From assembly GCA_050952225.1 (NCBI GenBank), contig JBMNKL010000002.1, forward strand, positions 210,484-274,483: a stretch of 64,000 nucleotides of DNA. Reading direction: 5' to 3'. Under the pieces are notes generated by a model that saw nothing but the letters and a program-made list of their open reading frames with translations, did no database searches and was not told where the DNA came from. The position numbers were made by a program, and so were the translations under genes. This stretch comes from Acetivibrionales bacterium (GTDB lineage: Bacteria; Bacillota; Clostridia; Acetivibrionales; DTU013). Each line of letters starts with the position of its first letter. The stretch's first letter is position 1. Below, in pieces: positions 20,542 to 30,600 of the stretch.

Positions 20542-21489
20542 TCATGTCCCCACCTTTCGTAACAGTTTTTGAATTGCCTTGTTTGTACCGATCATCATGA
20601 GGAACAGTATCGTGGCAATAGCAGAGGCATAGCCCATTTCAAAACGTATCGAGCCAAAGTCAATCAAATGCGTGACAATTGTCTCGCCGGCATAATTTAC
20701 ACTCGGGAAGCCCGCCAAATTAATCGAAATATCCGATACGGCGAATGACTGGGTTATCTGTATAACCGCGCCGAACATCAACTGCGGCTTCATGGATGGA
20801 AGCGTAATGTACCATAACTCCTGCCACCGGTTGGACACGCCGTCGACCGCCCCGGCTTCGTACAGCGTCTTGTCCACGGTCTGCAAACCGGCGATGAATG
20901 CCAGGAAACCCGTGCCAAGGCTCAGCCAAAGCTGCACCAGTATAAGTATGGGCATGATATACTCAGCTTTTCTCAGCCATATAACCGGTTCATTCAGTAT
21001 CCCCAGGTTCAGCAGCAAACCGTTGAAGAACCCGTACCTGTCGCCTGAAAAGATTACCCTCCAGATAAAGTACACGTTTCCCGAAATGGACGGCGCGTAA
21101 AAAATCAGTGTCAGGAAAGCCCTCAGGTTTCTGCCGAATTCATTAATAATCCATGCAAACATGAAACAGGCGATATAGCTCAGGGGACCCGTAATAACGG
21201 CAAACAGCAGCGTATTCTTTATGCCCGTTACAAACACATCGTCCTCGAGAAACAACCTGACGTAGTTGTCCCAGCCTGTGAAAACCGGAGGTTCCAGGAT
21301 ATTGAAATTGGTAAAGCTAAGTCCTATGGACGCTATAACGGGCAATACCGTAAACAGCGTAAACAGGATAAAATACGGAGCCATCAGGATATATGAATGC
21401 TTGTACGGCCTCATCCTGTCCAATAATGTAAATCTCCGTTTTTCAGGCCTGTTTCTTATTATGATCCTTCGTACAATAGTCGATGGCAT
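20542..21489 (-). CDS. Carbohydrate ABC transporter permease (MalF-like)
   Basis: AGLQTVDKTLYEAGAVDG EAA loop; FEMGYASAIA. Confidence 0.9.
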   Translation of the reverse strand: MPSTIVRRIIIRNRPEKRRFTLLDRMRPYKHSYILMAPYFILFTLFTVLPVIASIGLSFTNFNILEPPVFTGWDNYVRLFLEDDVFVTGIKNTLLFAVITGPLSYIACFMFAWIINEFGRNLRAFLTLIFYAPSISGNVYFIWRVIFSGDRYGFFNGLLLNLGILNEPVIWLRKAEYIMPILILVQLWLSLGTGFLAFIAGLQTVDKTLYEAGAVDGVSNRWQELWYITLPSMKPQLMFGAVIQITQSFAVSDISINLAGFPSVNYAGETIVTHLIDFGSIRFEMGYASAIATILFLMMIGTNKAIQKLLRKVGT

Positions 21490-21574
21490 ATAAATCTGAC
21501 CTCACGTTCCATATTTAAGCCCTTGCATATATAAACACCCTTTTATAACCGGCTGCCGCGGCAAACCCACTCCC

Positions 21575-24500
21575 TTAATCCAAGCCGAACTCTTTTCGTT
21601 TATAGGTTATTTCATCATTTATATAGCGCACGTATTCCGTCAGCGCTTCCCTCGGCTCAATATTCTTATTGAAAGTAACATTAAATATCGTGATCTGGTT
21701 CTCGACTACGTTGTAATATGCATTATTAAGGTGCCTTGCGGTGAAGTAACCGCCGGGAACCTGCGGTATCGCCCTTACATGCTTGAATTGCTCTGAAAGG
21801 GCTTTATAATCGCTGACCGGCCAGGGCAGGTTTGAGAATGCCTCGAGATTGGCCGTCGGGTACCTTGCCGAAGGGCCCATCAGCGCTTCCATCTCCCTGC
21901 CGAACCTTGTTTGCGTGGCGGCTGAAGTCCACCATTTCATAAATTCCCAGGCGGATTCCTTGTCTTTCGACCTGCTCATCATAATGCAGGCCAGTCCGGT
22001 ACCGGGAATATCCCTGCTTATGGTCCCGTCCGGCCGCACCGTCCCCGGAACGGTTGTAAACCCCCATAAGCCCCTGATCTCCGGGGCCGATACCTGTAAT
22101 ATGTTATACGTGGTATAATCCGATATGATCATTGGCATTTCGCCCGTTCTGAACCTGTTTACAGGGTCAAACTCCTTTTCGAGCTTATACTCTGTATAGT
22201 ACCTGGTAAACTCCCTGAAAGCATTTATTGCCTCATCCGTATCCAGCGCCGAGGCTGTCGCGTTTTCGTTGTAAAACTCTCCGCCGTTCTGGTATAGAAA
22301 AGTCCCGATAAGCGCCTCAGAAATGGGAAGCATCCCTACGGCGTCCTTGACATAATACGCGGTGGGCAGCATTCCAAACTCCATTTGCTTCTTATTCAGC
22401 ACCGATATTGCGATTTTCACGTCATCCCATGTTTCCGGCGGCCGTATGCCCAGTTCCCTCAGTATGTCCTTTCGGTAAAAAAGCATGTTGAACGTTTGCT
22501 GCTCAGGAAGGGCAAAACACTTTCCGTTAAACTCGTACGGGACCATGGCGCTCTCATGAAACCTCTTTCTGACTTCGTCAAACCCCTCGAAGCCGGACAA
22601 ATCGGCCACGGCGTTTCTCATGCCGTAGTTCATCGGCCAGTCGTTATATACCTGGAGGGCTACATCCGGCCCCTCGCCCGCCAGTGTTGCCGGCAGCAGC
22701 GTATTCATGTCTACCAGCATCAGGTTTACGTTGATACCGGTATTCTTGGCAAAGTCTTCATCAATCAGCAGCTTCATGGTGTTGGCCTGGTCGCGCCCCG
22801 CTCCCATCCATACCGTAATCACTTTCTGGTCGCTTTTCTTCGCTATGTTGCCGACGGCGCTGTAATCAATTATGAAAGAGTAGAACAGTGTTTTTATCTC
22901 ATGGATTAATTTGTCGATAAATGAATTTCTCAGCCTGGGCGGATCTTTGTCCGGCGGAATCACGTAAACCGCATCAAGCTGCAGGGGTTGGTTTACCGCG
23001 CTGACCAGCCAGTCGCCCACTGCGCCGATATTTACTTTAAACGGGGTCATCTGCTTGGCGGCGGCTTCCACGTCCCTGGCAAGTTCGTCCAACTGGTCTC
23101 TCATCGAAATCACACCGGCTTCGCGGTCACTTATGTGACCCGCCATTCTCTCCAGCTCCGACAGCAGGCAGTTCAGCCTGTCCCTTTCCGTCTCAATTGA
23201 GTCCACAATGCCCGGTATGCTCGCCTCCAGCTGGTAATCCCTGAATTTATCAGGCACGGCGCCAGTAATTTCAAGGATTTTTCTATAAATTTCATTGATA
23301 TTGTTCAGGCACAGCTCCATCTCGCGAATAACCGAGGACAGTTCCCCCAGCACTGCTTCCAGCCTGATGGTGTGCCTGCCTTTATCCAGGTAAAACAAGT
23401 ACGGCCCATTCTTGTCTCCCAGTACCTCCACCCTCCAGCCGCTCTTGTAGTTGAAAGGTATTTCCATAACCTCTTTAAAAGGAACTTTGCCGTCTATATA
23501 CAGTTTCCTGGATGAATATATGCCCCTGACAAAATTCTGCTTTACATTGAAACCAATCTTGTAAAGGCCTGGTTCAGGAACTTCAATTTCCCACTCGATC
23601 CATTGCCCTGCGATGCGCCAGTTGTTTCCTCCAATCGTATTGTTCAGGTAATACTTGGGGCTGTATGGTGAAACGGCAGGGCTCGAATGGTCGACAACAG
23701 GATAGAGCATCTGCGATGATTTTGCTTCGGCAGTCTCCGCCTCAATGACGACGGTCTCGCCCGCAGCTGGCCGGTATCCTTGTCTCTTGTATTCCTCCAG
23801 CTTTTCGGCATATGACAATACGGGTTCTTCCTGGTAAATCCTGATTCGCCTGAGAACCATAGGTTCTCTTTTTGAGACAATTGTAAGAATGTGCCTCCCC
23901 TCGGTCAGGAAGAACTTGTATGGAGAAGTGTAGTATCCCTGGTAGTCTTCCAGAGGTTTTTCGATCCATCGCGGCGCCTCGGCCTGGATAGGCCTCAGGT
24001 GGTTGCCCTGGTTATCCTTTGCGTCAATCGGGTCCTTGTTTACCCATACCCTGTCAAACTCAACATTGTTGGCCTCGGCAAACGGAAGCTCCCCGTCTAT
24101 GAAGATCGCTCTTTGAATTGCCGAGCTCTTGCCTTCTACGGGGTAGTACAAAAATGATATGTTGTACAGGCCGGTCTGCTCAATATGTATTTCGTACTCT
24201 ATCAAGCCCTGGTCGGAAGTGAGCACCGACATGCCTTCCATTCCCTTGTAATCTTTCAGCATTTCCACGGTCATGCCTTCGGCACCGGCATAAGAACCTG
24301 CGTCTATGACATATTCCGTGCCGGGCAAAACCTCGTTGCCGTATTTTTCCAGGTACTCGGAATATTTTATGGTATCGGCAAAATATTCAAGAGATTCTTC
24401 ATACTGCTGCAAGCTTTTATCCATAGCCGCATGCTGTTCCTGACCGGCGTCCGGCCCGGAACTTCCGGCGGCCCCTGCATGGGCCGGACTGCCCGTGTCA

Positions 24501-24706
24501 CCCCTGGAAACTCTGCTTGCATCTGTCCTGGCGGCGGTCCCGCTCCTGTCCGTCCGGGGGCCTTCCCCTGTCTCTGCCCGGACAGACCTGCTCATGCCGG
24601 ACAGGGCTGATATATCGCAATGGCAATACTGGAGAATGGCAAAAGAAATGAAACAAATAAGAACCAAACAAAGCGTTTTCTTTTTTCTGCCGCCCTGCAA
24701 CAACAT
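21575..24706 (-). CDS. Large multidomain extracellular solute-binding protein (CBM-like modules, helical segment, family 1 binding domain)
   Basis: N-terminal hydrophobic anchor; two beta-sandwich-like segments (VVIEAE...GQWIEWEIEVPEPGLY); C-terminal LFYRKDILRELGIRPPETWDD, FRTGEMP, AWEFMKWW. Confidence 0.8.
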   Translation of the reverse strand: MLLQGGRKKKTLCLVLICFISFAILQYCHCDISALSGMSRSVRAETGEGPRTDRSGTAARTDASRVSRGDTGSPAHAGAAGSSGPDAGQEQHAAMDKSLQQYEESLEYFADTIKYSEYLEKYGNEVLPGTEYVIDAGSYAGAEGMTVEMLKDYKGMEGMSVLTSDQGLIEYEIHIEQTGLYNISFLYYPVEGKSSAIQRAIFIDGELPFAEANNVEFDRVWVNKDPIDAKDNQGNHLRPIQAEAPRWIEKPLEDYQGYYTSPYKFFLTEGRHILTIVSKREPMVLRRIRIYQEEPVLSYAEKLEEYKRQGYRPAAGETVVIEAETAEAKSSQMLYPVVDHSSPAVSPYSPKYYLNNTIGGNNWRIAGQWIEWEIEVPEPGLYKIGFNVKQNFVRGIYSSRKLYIDGKVPFKEVMEIPFNYKSGWRVEVLGDKNGPYLFYLDKGRHTIRLEAVLGELSSVIREMELCLNNINEIYRKILEITGAVPDKFRDYQLEASIPGIVDSIETERDRLNCLLSELERMAGHISDREAGVISMRDQLDELARDVEAAAKQMTPFKVNIGAVGDWLVSAVNQPLQLDAVYVIPPDKDPPRLRNSFIDKLIHEIKTLFYSFIIDYSAVGNIAKKSDQKVITVWMGAGRDQANTMKLLIDEDFAKNTGINVNLMLVDMNTLLPATLAGEGPDVALQVYNDWPMNYGMRNAVADLSGFEGFDEVRKRFHESAMVPYEFNGKCFALPEQQTFNMLFYRKDILRELGIRPPETWDDVKIAISVLNKKQMEFGMLPTAYYVKDAVGMLPISEALIGTFLYQNGGEFYNENATASALDTDEAINAFREFTRYYTEYKLEKEFDPVNRFRTGEMPMIISDYTTYNILQVSAPEIRGLWGFTTVPGTVRPDGTISRDIPGTGLACIMMSRSKDKESAWEFMKWWTSAATQTRFGREMEALMGPSARYPTANLEAFSNLPWPVSDYKALSEQFKHVRAIPQVPGGYFTARHLNNAYYNVVENQITIFNVTFNKNIEPREALTEYVRYINDEITYKRKEFGLD

Positions 24707-24759
24707 AAGCCGCCCCCTCCGCGGGTATTTTTGTGCATTTATGTTGCATTTTTTATTTG

Positions 24760-24790
24760 ATTATATCACATTTTGCCATGCATTTGTCAA
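24760..24790 (-). promoter_or_regulatory. Probable promoter of the glycan ABC cluster
   Basis: Extended -10 TGaTATAAT on the minus strand, with TTGACA 19 bp upstream of the hexamer. Confidence 0.5.
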
Positions 24791-25157
24791 TATATTTGTT
24801 TGATTTTCGTGTAATTTATTAATGGTATGGTCTATTATTGAAAGACAGCAAGCTTATCTGTTAAAGAGATTTGTTTTTTAATGCCAATGCCGATGTTGGC
24901 ATACTTGTAGTATAATGTAATATTTATATTGCATTTTATGCTGCATTTTATGTCAATTAATGCGTTCATCCTCTGCGTGATTATATTCAAAACCGGCCTG
25001 TGCCGAAACACCTACCTAAATGGTATAACTTCCCGGATCTCCATATGCAATACTGCCCGTTTGCCCAAAAACAGGAGCATCGCCGCTTGACATACCGGTT
25101 GTCGAACGGATATGATAATCGGGTAAGGCTAAAGTTATTTTCGAGGAGATAAGCATT

Positions 25158-25751
25158 ATGGAAAAGAAAATGAAACTGACCGAGCAAAAGACAGGCAGTT
25201 CCCTTGACAGACCCCGGTTCGTACTGACACTCGGACAAGCGAAATCACGGGACCTGCAAATATCCGCCAACTATGACGCGCTTGCAAAGCTGATCGGGGC
25301 AAGCGATTTCATGCTCAGCCTTGACAGTTCACTTTTGAACCTGCCCTATCCCCAGCGCGAACCTTATATAGAAGGATTTCTCAGAACGATCCGGGCATTG
25401 AACCTGGAGTACAGGTATAAAAATTTCGAACCCCAATCAAAGCGTTCAATTTTTTCCATGCTGCTTGGAAACGCAAATAAGAAGGAACATGAGATACTTG
25501 CGTTCGTTCCCAATGAAACATGGGTAAAAGGTTATTTAAAAGATGAATTCCCCGTTCATGGGGCAAGGTATTTTGTTTTGAAGGAAAATACGGACAGTTC
25601 AGAACTGTTTGAAGATATGGAAAAAATGCTTGATTCGGAAAAGCTTGAATATTTTAAGATGATCATATTTCACTCCGTAACAATAAACAGCATGGGTATA
25701 TGTACAAAACACCTTGCCCTGTCCGACCTGAAAGAAATGCTCGGAATATAA
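25158..25751 (+). CDS. Hypothetical protein
   Basis: 197 aa ORF with GAGGAG RBS and upstream TTGACA / TATGAT(AAT) promoter-like elements; no recognised motif. Confidence 0.7.
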   Translation: MEKKMKLTEQKTGSSLDRPRFVLTLGQAKSRDLQISANYDALAKLIGASDFMLSLDSSLLNLPYPQREPYIEGFLRTIRALNLEYRYKNFEPQSKRSIFSMLLGNANKKEHEILAFVPNETWVKGYLKDEFPVHGARYFVLKENTDSSELFEDMEKMLDSEKLEYFKMIIFHSVTINSMGICTKHLALSDLKEMLGI

Positions 25752-25893
25752 TACATCCCCCGCCTTCACCTCGCTGTTGTGAGCATGGCGGCACAGAGGC
25801 GTGTCACCCGTACAAGCCTGAAATCTCCGGCTTGTCAAGATAACGGATTCATGATATACATGATTATGTCAGTATAGATATAAAGGTAAAGGG

Positions 25894-26457
25894 TTGATCC
25901 TCATAAGGGCTTTCATAGGTATTGATTTTGACAGCGGTTGCAAAGAATATATTTACGGGCTTCAGCAAAGGCTCAGGAAATATGCGGTAAAGGGCCGGTG
26001 GAAACGCATTGACAATTTTCATCTGACGCTTAAATTTCTTGGTGAAATAAATGAGATGCAAAAAAAGCAGATTGATGAAGCCATGCAAGACATCTGCGCC
26101 GGACAGAAGCCTTTTCTGCTGGAAATAACGGAGCCCGGAATCTTTGAGGGCAGGAATGCCATAAGGGTGTTGTGGCTCGGCCTGGCCGGAGAGCTTGACA
26201 TATTGAAGCACCTGGCCGGAAAAACAGACAGATCTTTACATAAAATTGGCTTTCCGCTTGAAAAAAGGCGTTATACCCCGCATGTGACAATAGGCCAGGA
26301 TATCGTATTTGAATGCCCCTTCAGCCGGATAGGTGATTCAATGGGCAGCATAAAATACGGCCCGGTAATGGTAAACAAATTGATTCTATTTAAAAGCGAG
26401 CAATTGCAAAACAAGAGGGTGTACACGCCAATATCGGAATATGCGCTAAACCTGTAA
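25894..26457 (+). CDS. thpR: RNA 2',3'-cyclic phosphodiesterase (2H phosphoesterase)
   Basis: RAFIGID start; two HxT motifs (HLTLKFLG, PHVTIG). Confidence 0.88.
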   Translation: MILIRAFIGIDFDSGCKEYIYGLQQRLRKYAVKGRWKRIDNFHLTLKFLGEINEMQKKQIDEAMQDICAGQKPFLLEITEPGIFEGRNAIRVLWLGLAGELDILKHLAGKTDRSLHKIGFPLEKRRYTPHVTIGQDIVFECPFSRIGDSMGSIKYGPVMVNKLILFKSEQLQNKRVYTPISEYALNL

Positions 26458-26544
26458 GGCATATACGGCAGATGTAACGCCGGACGGCATTGCCGGGCAA
26501 TTTAAGCTGGCGGATTTACGAAGCAACGCCCGGGCAACTGCGAT

Positions 26545-27204
26545 CTAGGCTTCATATGCCACAATGGCGTTTTTTGTTTCCTTGGCCTTATATAATGCCC
26601 GGTCGGCATGCTTCAAAAAACGGTCAATGTGTATCGGCAATTTTGTTGTCGCCAGGCCTATGCTCACGGTCATTTTTTCAGTCACGCAACCAAGGATGAA
26701 ATCATTTGAGTCAATGGCCTGCTTTAGTCTCTCCGCTATTTTAAGCACATTTTCCCTGCTCGTATAAGGCAGTACAACCGCGAATTCTTCGCCGCCCAGC
26801 CTTGCGACTATATCGGTATTCCTGGAATTTCTTTTAATGATTTGTGCAAACTGCTTTAATGCTTCATCCCCTGCCAGGTGTCCGTAAGTATCGTTAATTC
26901 TCTTAAAGTTATCAATATCTATCATCATTATTGAAACAGGAAATTTTGCTTTCAATGTCATGGATACCTTTGACATGAATGACCTCCTGTTGCACATCCC
27001 GGTCAGGCTGTCCGTATTGGCCTGCCGGTGCAATTTCTTTATAATCAGGCCGCAATAAAGAGACATCAATAACTGACACGCCATACATGAAAAAGCAATC
27101 ACATTTACACCTAACGTATTATATAAAAGAAAAGCAACCAGCCAAATTCCCGCACCGACTGCAAAAAGTCCAAGCGGTGCCCACCTGAAGAACCACTCTT
27201 TCAT
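26545..27204 (-). CDS. Membrane-anchored diguanylate cyclase (GGDEF)
   Basis: Two TM helices; DSLTG, DIDNFKRINDTYGH..GD, RxxD I-site (RNTD), GGEEF. Confidence 0.92.
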   Translation of the reverse strand: MKEWFFRWAPLGLFAVGAGIWLVAFLLYNTLGVNVIAFSCMACQLLMSLYCGLIIKKLHRQANTDSLTGMCNRRSFMSKVSMTLKAKFPVSIMMIDIDNFKRINDTYGHLAGDEALKQFAQIIKRNSRNTDIVARLGGEEFAVVLPYTSRENVLKIAERLKQAIDSNDFILGCVTEKMTVSIGLATTKLPIHIDRFLKHADRALYKAKETKNAIVAYEA

Positions 27205-27237
27205 AGCGTCCCTCCTGTCTACTTCTTGTTTATTTGT

Positions 27238-27522
27238 TTATGTCTGCCTGCTGCAGCTGTTTATGTCAATTGTCCGCGGTATACGGCGGTTGTTTCCGAC
27301 TTGTACGCTTTGACGTTCATATACCGAGACCTGGCGTACCCTGTAAATATTCAGCCTTCTAATTACATTGCCGTTTATCACTGTATTCCTGGGTATAACC
27401 AGAATCCCGCTGCTGTCGAAAACATCATCGGCAAGTATGTCTCCCGGCTTACACTGGTAAATATGAATATATTTCTTTTTCAAGTTTGTAAAAACACTGC
27501 CGGAGCCGGCATATGCATTCAA
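27238..27522 (-). CDS. Small protein resembling the N-terminal domain of clostridial HD-GYP proteins
   Basis: IHIYQCKPGDILADDVFDSSGILVIPRNTVINGNVIRRL...VSVY pattern; GAGGTG RBS upstream of a TTG start. Confidence 0.65.
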   Translation of the reverse strand: MNAYAGSGSVFTNLKKKYIHIYQCKPGDILADDVFDSSGILVIPRNTVINGNVIRRLNIYRVRQVSVYERQSVQVGNNRRIPRTIDINSCSRQT

Positions 27523-27629
27523 TAATTCTTCACCTCGTTTTGCATGTGAATACCATGATTAATGATATAACCCTGACTCAATTTGATTTGAAATATATAT
27601 ATAGTTTATAGGAATTTATAAAAAAAACA

Positions 27630-27645
27630 TCACCCGAACGGGTGA
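27630..27645. promoter_or_regulatory. Palindromic operator candidate
   Basis: Perfect TCACCCG-aa-CGGGTGA inverted repeat in an AT-rich intergenic region. Confidence 0.55.
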
Positions 27646-27681
27646 AAGTGTGATTTTTCGATGCCTTGCATTATCAAAGCG

Positions 27682-30600
27682 CTACAATATTCCCAGTTCC
27701 TTTGCTTTTGCCACGGCCTGGACCCTTCTGTTCACCTGCAGTTTGCTATAAATATTCCTTACATGGGTTTTAACGGTATTCAAAGTCATGCCCAGCCGTT
27801 CTGCGATTTCCCTGTTCAGCAGCCCCGCTGCAATAAGCCTCAGCACTTCCAGCTCTTTGCCTGTAAGAGAATCGACCTGGTAAAGGGATGCTTCCTCCGA
27901 CGTTTCATTGCCGTGATGCTCTAAAAATACCTGCATTGCCTTTGCATAAATCATTTGGCTTGCCAGGAACTTAAGCAGCTCAATCCGTTCCTCGGTGAAT
28001 ATTCCCGTCAAGACATTGCTTTCCAGGTAAAGAACTCCCACGGGTACGCCCCTGAGCTGCAGCGGAATGCACGCCATGGATTTAGCCTTCGAACTTGCAA
28101 TATGCGGGTCCTTTGCAAATATCCCGGCCTGCCCGGCGTTATTAATAACTACCTGTTCATGCGTCCTTGCAGCATATCTTATCGCCCTTTTAGATATGCC
28201 GTCGCTTTTCTCCAGCGGAACATGCCTTATAGCCTTGTATTTGCCGTTTTTACAATCGCATATTGCTTCCACGAACAATTCATCGTCATTTTCCAGTACC
28301 AGGCACCCTTTGCTGGCACCTGCGCTTTTTACTGCCAGCTCCAGGAAGTTTGCCGGAAGTTCCTCCGGGCATGATTGTTCCGAGATGTCCCAAACCGCCT
28401 CTTGTATTGTGCGTATGTCAAAGCTGTTTCCCGTTGCTGTATCGCTTCTCGCAGAAGATTGCAGGACACATTTTAGTATTTCGGATGAATCATACTTGTT
28501 GTTTTCCCCATCAAATGCTGCCTCATCAGTCAAAATCCCGTACCGTCGTTCAAGGTCGCAAGCTTTTGCTTCCGCCCCCCATTTCCGGAACAGTTGCACG
28601 GCATCATGGATATAAGTCCTTTCGATTTTTTTCCTTTTATCGACGGCATAATGCTTTGCGGCCAATTCACACGCGAGCGCCTCGATATGCACATAACCGT
28701 TTTCATGCGAAGCCCTGACCGCTTTATCGTACAATTCCTCGGCCGCCCGTTTTCTGCCGGAGATTCGTGCCATTTCCGCTTCAACCAGCAAATATTTATG
28801 AAGAAAATTAGCCGGGCAGGAATCAGCCCATTTCTTCATTTTCCGCTGATTATTCTTAAGAGTCTTCCTGAGCATCTTCCGTTTTTTTGCCGGAGACTCG
28901 GTATAAACGGCAGTAATCGAAAGAGAATGGTAAAAATTGTACTCTGCGGCTAACATAAAGCCAATTATGGTATCTTCGCAGCCTTTAACCCTTTCAACGG
29001 CGGAAAGGGCGTCATGGTAATAGCCAAACATGTAGCAAAGCAGTATTTCCGAGAAATAATAAGCTGCCAGCGATGCCTTGTCGCCGCTGTTCGACTTTAT
29101 AATACTGCCTTCATCCAAACCGGTATCGCTTGTCGGGATAAAGCATTTTGTCCTGTCCGTCAAAATGGAAGCAAGCCGTTCATAAGCCGCAGCATTAACA
29201 GCAAGATTTTCATGCTTCATTCTTCTGGCGTAATTGCGGTACTTTCTGGCTTCATCCAGAACTTCGCCGAGGCAGACGCCCATGAGGCATTTGTTTTCAA
29301 GAATAACCCCGTATGAATACCCGATTATTAGCATGTTGCCCGCTTCAATGGCATATTTTGCGGCCATATGCATGTATTGGATTCCTTCTTGCCAGTGACG
29401 GGTCCAGTGGGATATCAGCGAACCCATCGTAAAGTATACGATGCACCTGGACAAATTCCTGCCGTATTCTTCCGCAAGAATCATTGCTGTCTTTCCAAGC
29501 TTATACCCGGCAGCGTAGTTCCCGAGCACGCTTCCCTCGATTATGCCGTATCCCAGGTAACCAATGGACGCAATATCCGTATTGCCGTATTTCACCGCAT
29601 GATTGCCGGCTTTTATAATGGCAAGCGAGTATATATCGGGCCGGTTGGTACTTGACGCCAATATAAGGGCTATTAAGAGCTGTGCCACTTTGCGCTGGAC
29701 AGGGCCCTTCATTTCAGGAATGTTTAACAAGTCAGCATTACTCTTGTTTCGCATCAGCCATTTGTATAATATGAGCTCTGCCGCATTGTCAAGCCTGCCC
29801 GGGTTTTCCGGCATATTCATCCCAAGGTTTTTTAAAGTGTTCAGGCCAATTTGCACGGCCTTGGCATATTCCCCGGTTCCGGCATACAATTCCATCATCA
29901 GCGTATAAACGTCCGCTCTCTCCAGTTCCGTTTCCATCCGGCGGATAACCATGTCAAACAATTGTTCCGCCTGGGCTGTATCACCGGCGAGGTATTCACA
30001 CTGGGCGCGTTCCATGTAAAGATCCGCACATAATTGGTAGCAGCTTTTCCATGAATCATCCGGGAGAAGCTCAATACCCGCCCTGAAATAGCTTAAAGCC
30101 GGTCCAAAAGCTGCTGAACCCTTTGCCTTGCGTCCCGCGGCGAGGTTATATTCTGCAAGCTTCAACCTCTCTGCACGGTCCTTTACCAAATCAAGGCCGC
30201 GGTTTATATGATCCAAAATGGACAGTATTTTAACATCAATCTCATTATGATTTAAATTCTGCAATATCAGCCTGCCGGCCTTTACGTGCACATTTTTTCT
30301 CTCTTCTTCCGTAAGCAGCGAATAAGCCGCCTGCCTGACCATGTCATGCAAAAATTCATAGGCATCTGAAACAGCACCGTGGTATAATTCCGGAAACTCA
30401 TTCCTCTCATGGGGAACCGGCAGCACGAGCTCCTCCGCAATCGCCGGTTTAAGAACGTTGACTACCTCGTCCTGTTCCTTGCTGCAAAGAAATGACAGCG
30501 TTTTTAATTCAAAAGCGTTTCCAATGCAGGAAGCCAGCTTTATAATATCGCGCGTTTCTTCCGGGAGTTTTTGCATTATTTGAAACACAAGGCCCTCTAC

